Source: Eutreptiella sp. 'Long Island Sound 2002' (Eukaryota; Protista; Euglenida). Taken from it: 64,000 bases of DNA. The stretch spans positions 177,754,001 through 177,818,000 of the forward strand of contig OZ038378.1 in assembly GCA_964036045.1 (NCBI GenBank), written 5' to 3'. The notes under the pieces were generated by a model. It had not been told where the DNA came from. It searched no databases and was given only the letters and a program-made list of their open reading frames with translations. This document shows, one piece after another, positions 60,801 to 64,000 of the stretch (its first letter is position 1; each line of letters opens with the position of its first letter). A program made the position numbers and the translations under genes.

Positions 60801-62942
60801 TAGGGGTCCCACTCGGCTGGGTCGAAGGCGGCTGTGAGGAAGTCCAGGTCCAAGGGGTGGCCGCGGTGGGCTGTCGTAGCCGCGGCCTGGTTGTGAACCT
60901 CTCGAAGCCAGGCCGCTGCTATGGGAAGCTTTACGCCATGGTCCGACAGGATCCCACTGTAGGGGCGTAAGGGCTTGAAAGGGCGGCAAAGAGCTCCTTT
61001 GGTCACGGACGTGATGGTGGCGCGGAGAACTTCGTCAGGGCGCTCTACTCCGTGGCGCGCCGCCGTGTCGGCCAAGTACTCGCGGAGATCGGACTCGGTA
61101 CGAGGAGAATCACGGATGCGGAAGTCCCGCACCACCTGGTCCAGGGGCGGAGGGTGGAGGATGAGGTGTCTGACTGCAGCCCACAGGGACTGCAAGAAGC
61201 CGTTGGGGCCTAAGGAAAATGAGGCCAGCCAGCGTCACTTGAGGTAGAGCAAGGCCGCGAGGCGAGGGAGGGTACCTGCTGGAGAGTGGCGTCAACATAT
61301 CATGCGCCAGTTGTAGATGTCGGCTAGGCCATCCATGGGTTCGATTGTGGCCAAGAGGGGTTTGTGGGGAGTCGAAGAGGGGAGGATGTCTACATCCGGG
61401 GCTGAGCGTGCGCCTTTGACGAACACGTGGTCAATACATGTCACCTTGAGGGCTCCCCGGAAGGAGGCGAAATGGGTTGGGGTGTCTTGGGGGAACACCG
61501 CGCAGCACCGCACCATGCACCCATCACCCCAGCAGGCAGCCGCCAAGGGGTGGCAGGAGCAGTCTTGAGACATGTTGAAGTCCCCGCAAACCAGCTCCAA
61601 GGCCGCTCGCAAGTAGGACGCGAGGGTAGTGAGATTGATGAGCATGCTTCGCCGGGCTTTGTAGTCAAGGTCGGGGTGGACGTGGACAGAGGCTAGGAGC
61701 ATGAACCCCACAGTGTGATGACGCACAGTGGAGATATGCAGGTCCGGGACGTCGTACTCTATTGGTGTGGCGGTGGTTGGGTGTTGGAGCGCACGTCGCC
61801 AGCGGATCATAAAGCCTGTAACGCAGCCTTCGGCTATGCTCGTGTGGAAGCCGCACAGTGCATGCAGGATTTGCAGGAGGGGGACAAACGACCACAGCTC
61901 CTAAAAGGCGAAGACGTCGGCTTCCAGGGCAAGCGTGAAGTGCACCACACGGTTGACATGGGTTGTGACGGCGCCGTTTCCAGGAGAGGAACACAAGGTC
62001 CGCATGGCGGCGTAGGTTGAGGGGAGAGAACGTGAGGGAGTGGAGGTGGCTGGCCCAAGGGGTGGCCGGGAGGTGGAGGGAGTGGTCTGGGCGGAAGCAA
62101 GTGGTGCCTGGGCGGACGGGGGCTGCAGGTACGCCCTGGAGCTGGGGGAGGCCACGGGGGCAGACAAATGAGCGCTAAGCAACGTCGAAGGTGAGGTGGG
62201 TGCAGCCCGTGAAGGGGTGCAGGCACACGGCGGTGGGGAGTTGGAGGGCGGGGGCGTCGTGGAGGACAGAGGCTGATGGAAGCTGTGGGCAGCCGCAGGG
62301 GGGGCGGTACCAGGCCGCTATGATCACTAGACGAGGGCAGTCGGGGCTGAGCCACAGGCAATCGCTAGGGATGCCATGCAGGGAGCTGTTGTAGTGAGCC
62401 CAGGGGAGGGGCCGGGGCGTGAGATGGGATGGGGAGTCATCGTAGAACCACACCACATATCCGTTGAGGACGAGGGGGATGCTGATGACCGGGTCGGCGT
62501 CTTCACGCTGAAGTTGGTGTACGGCTTGTGTGAGCCAGGGGGCAAAGTCCCGGAGGACGCGGAACTGGAGCTTGGGGGGGAATCAGGGCTGCTAGCAGGG
62601 GGCCCCGGGGGGGGCGGGGGCTGAAGAGAAGTCAGCGACGAAGGAGGCTTCTTGGGGGTTGAGCGGGGTGTCGGAGGGTGGGTGCACTTTGACGCAGCCA
62701 CGGGCGCAGCACAAAGGGCAGGCCCACGTGGCAAGTGAACTTGGGGCTACGGTACTGCATTGCTAGCAGACGGCGAGGCAGGGGCTTCGAGGCTGCCGGT
62801 CCGCGGCCAGGGGGCGGCTGAGGTTGGTGGGCGGGTGGGTCACGAGGGCGCTGGCGCGTCTGGTCAGCCTGCGGAGGTCTCGGACGCGGGGATAGGCCAC
62901 GGCACAATCTAGGGCTAGCAAGGTGAGCGGGGTGGACGGCAT
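57900..62942 (-). pseudogene. LINE ORF2 (N-terminal extension, APE, RT, RNase H, C-terminal Cys/His motif), with frameshifts and stops
   Basis: APE about 61990-61330 (ADVFAF*ELW, VCGDFN, TPTH, TCIDHVFV). RT about 60700-59700 (HRPVTL, TFAYRA, DSADAF, GSNQGDNPSG, YTDD at 59936-59947, VVGIPL). RNase H about 59190-58900 (LSTDAA, GGGIV, AEWL, ADCS). ECHFCG...WQHV at about 58465-58410. The 3' limit is approximate. Confidence 0.85.
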
Positions 62943-62975
62943 GGCACCCGGGGGAAGGCAGAGGGGCGTGGACAG

Positions 62976-64000
62976 TCAGTTGACGCGGGATCCTTTGTAA
63001 AGGGTGACACGTTGGGAAGTGTGGAGGGCCGCCACAGGTGTGGAGGAGGGTGCCGTATGCGCGGGGGGCTTGGATGGAGGCTGAGGGGGCTGTTGTGGCG
63101 TTAGTGGTGATGCGGAAAACCCAAGTAGGGGATGGTCTGGGGGAGGTATCGCAACGAGTTGATGGCTGGTGCGTCGCGTCTTTGGGCCTTTGATCTTCTT
63201 CTTGGGCGGGGGTTTGACGGGGCTGTCCGGCAGGTAGAAGGGCTCCTCGCTGGCGGTGCGGGCGTCCAAGGTGATGGTGTAGTGGTGGTGAGGGTCCACA
63301 TAGGTGCGAGTGGGCACACCGGTGAATAGGGCTACAAACTGGTCAGCTGGTACGGACATGAAAAGGGAGCCGTCTCGGAGGGCGGCGGCGGGAATGGCAA
63401 CGGGGGCACCAACGTGATGGGTGAGCACGGATGAGGCCTGTGTGGCGTCGCGGATGTGGCGGAGGCCGCGAAGGCGTATCACGCGGGGTGCGTCAACGAA
63501 GGAGGGGGGCAAGAGGCCCGTGGCTTTAGGACCCGGGGGAAGGGGGGGGGCGGGTACCGGAGGGGCGCTGCCGGGGAGAGCGGGAGGTAGGGTTGGTGAT
63601 GGGGAGCTGGTGTGGGGCCGAGGGGGGATTGCGGTCGGGGGGGGGGGGTAGGAGGTTGTCCGCTCGAACCACGCATAGGCTGCTGCTGGGCCGGCGGCGG
63701 GCTGAAAAGCAGTACAGGTACGGGTCTCCGCGATGAGCTGGTCCAGGAGCGGTAGACGCGTGGTATTCTGTACCGCTACTCAAATGGCTATGCGGGACGA
63801 GACGGGGTCGCGGACGGCCAGCAAGTGGTCTGTGGCTTGGGGGGGGACACCGGGGGTCGGGCAGCTAGCGGCTGCCGCGGAGGACCAAGTGGGGCCGGGA
63901 CGGGTGGTGGACGCTTCAATAAGGGGGTTGCGGGTTTGTAGGGCCGCAAGCTTGAGGGACTCGATGGCGGGGGAGCCATGCACTCATGGAGGCAACCGTG
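62976..64000 (-). pseudogene. LINE ORF1, partial and Pro-rich, with internal stop and frameshift
   Basis: ORF 63512-62976 (DAPRVIRLRGLRHIRDA...LRDGSLFMSV), plus upstream protein-like frames to the window edge with an in-frame TGA at 63780. Assigned by its position upstream of ORF2. Confidence 0.6.

Larger units (their letters stand above)
57205..64000 (-). mobile_element. Decayed non-LTR retrotransposon (LINE) with ORF1 and APE-RT-RNase H ORF2; 5' end beyond the window
   Basis: Visibly GC-rich block with retroelement motifs in the expected order on the minus strand. 3' end marked by (CCCAA)3 at 57205-57223. Confidence 0.9.

Noticed and set aside
1-64000. Fanzor/TnpB, tyrosine recombinase, RepHel or viral hallmark genes
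   Set aside because: No RuvC, R-H-R-H-Y, HUH/helicase, capsid or PolB motifs were recognised in the ORF track.

Overview
Eukaryotic nuclear DNA: GT-AG introns, a eukaryotic initiator tRNA and many transposon relics. The host cannot be named from the sequence. Host genes: a CTP-dependent diacylglycerol/isoprenoid-alcohol kinase-like gene (-, 4 exons, 3385-10896), an APH/ecdysteroid-kinase-like phosphotransferase (+, 3 exons, 18031-22291) and two spliced hypothetical genes. Mobile DNA: a pogo-type DD35D transposase with a C-terminal PHD-like finger inside an intron, several non-autonomous DNA elements with TA-poly(C) ends, a cluster of Helitron2/Helentron-like tandem-repeat elements (49.1-54.7 kb) and a decayed LINE (APE-RT-RNase H) that runs off the window end. 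The most striking feature is a 1.75 kb unit present twice in inverted orientation (11718-13470 and 15302-17050), each copy carrying an intact tRNA-iMet gene. The unit has a 7-bp asymmetric terminal inverted repeat plus a terminal palindrome. Each copy sits without a target-site duplication in the middle of a 7-bp palindrome, and removing the second copy restores an OTU-like reading frame. This suggests an undescribed tRNA-carrying mobile element. All protein-family calls are from motif recognition by eye; no database searches were run.
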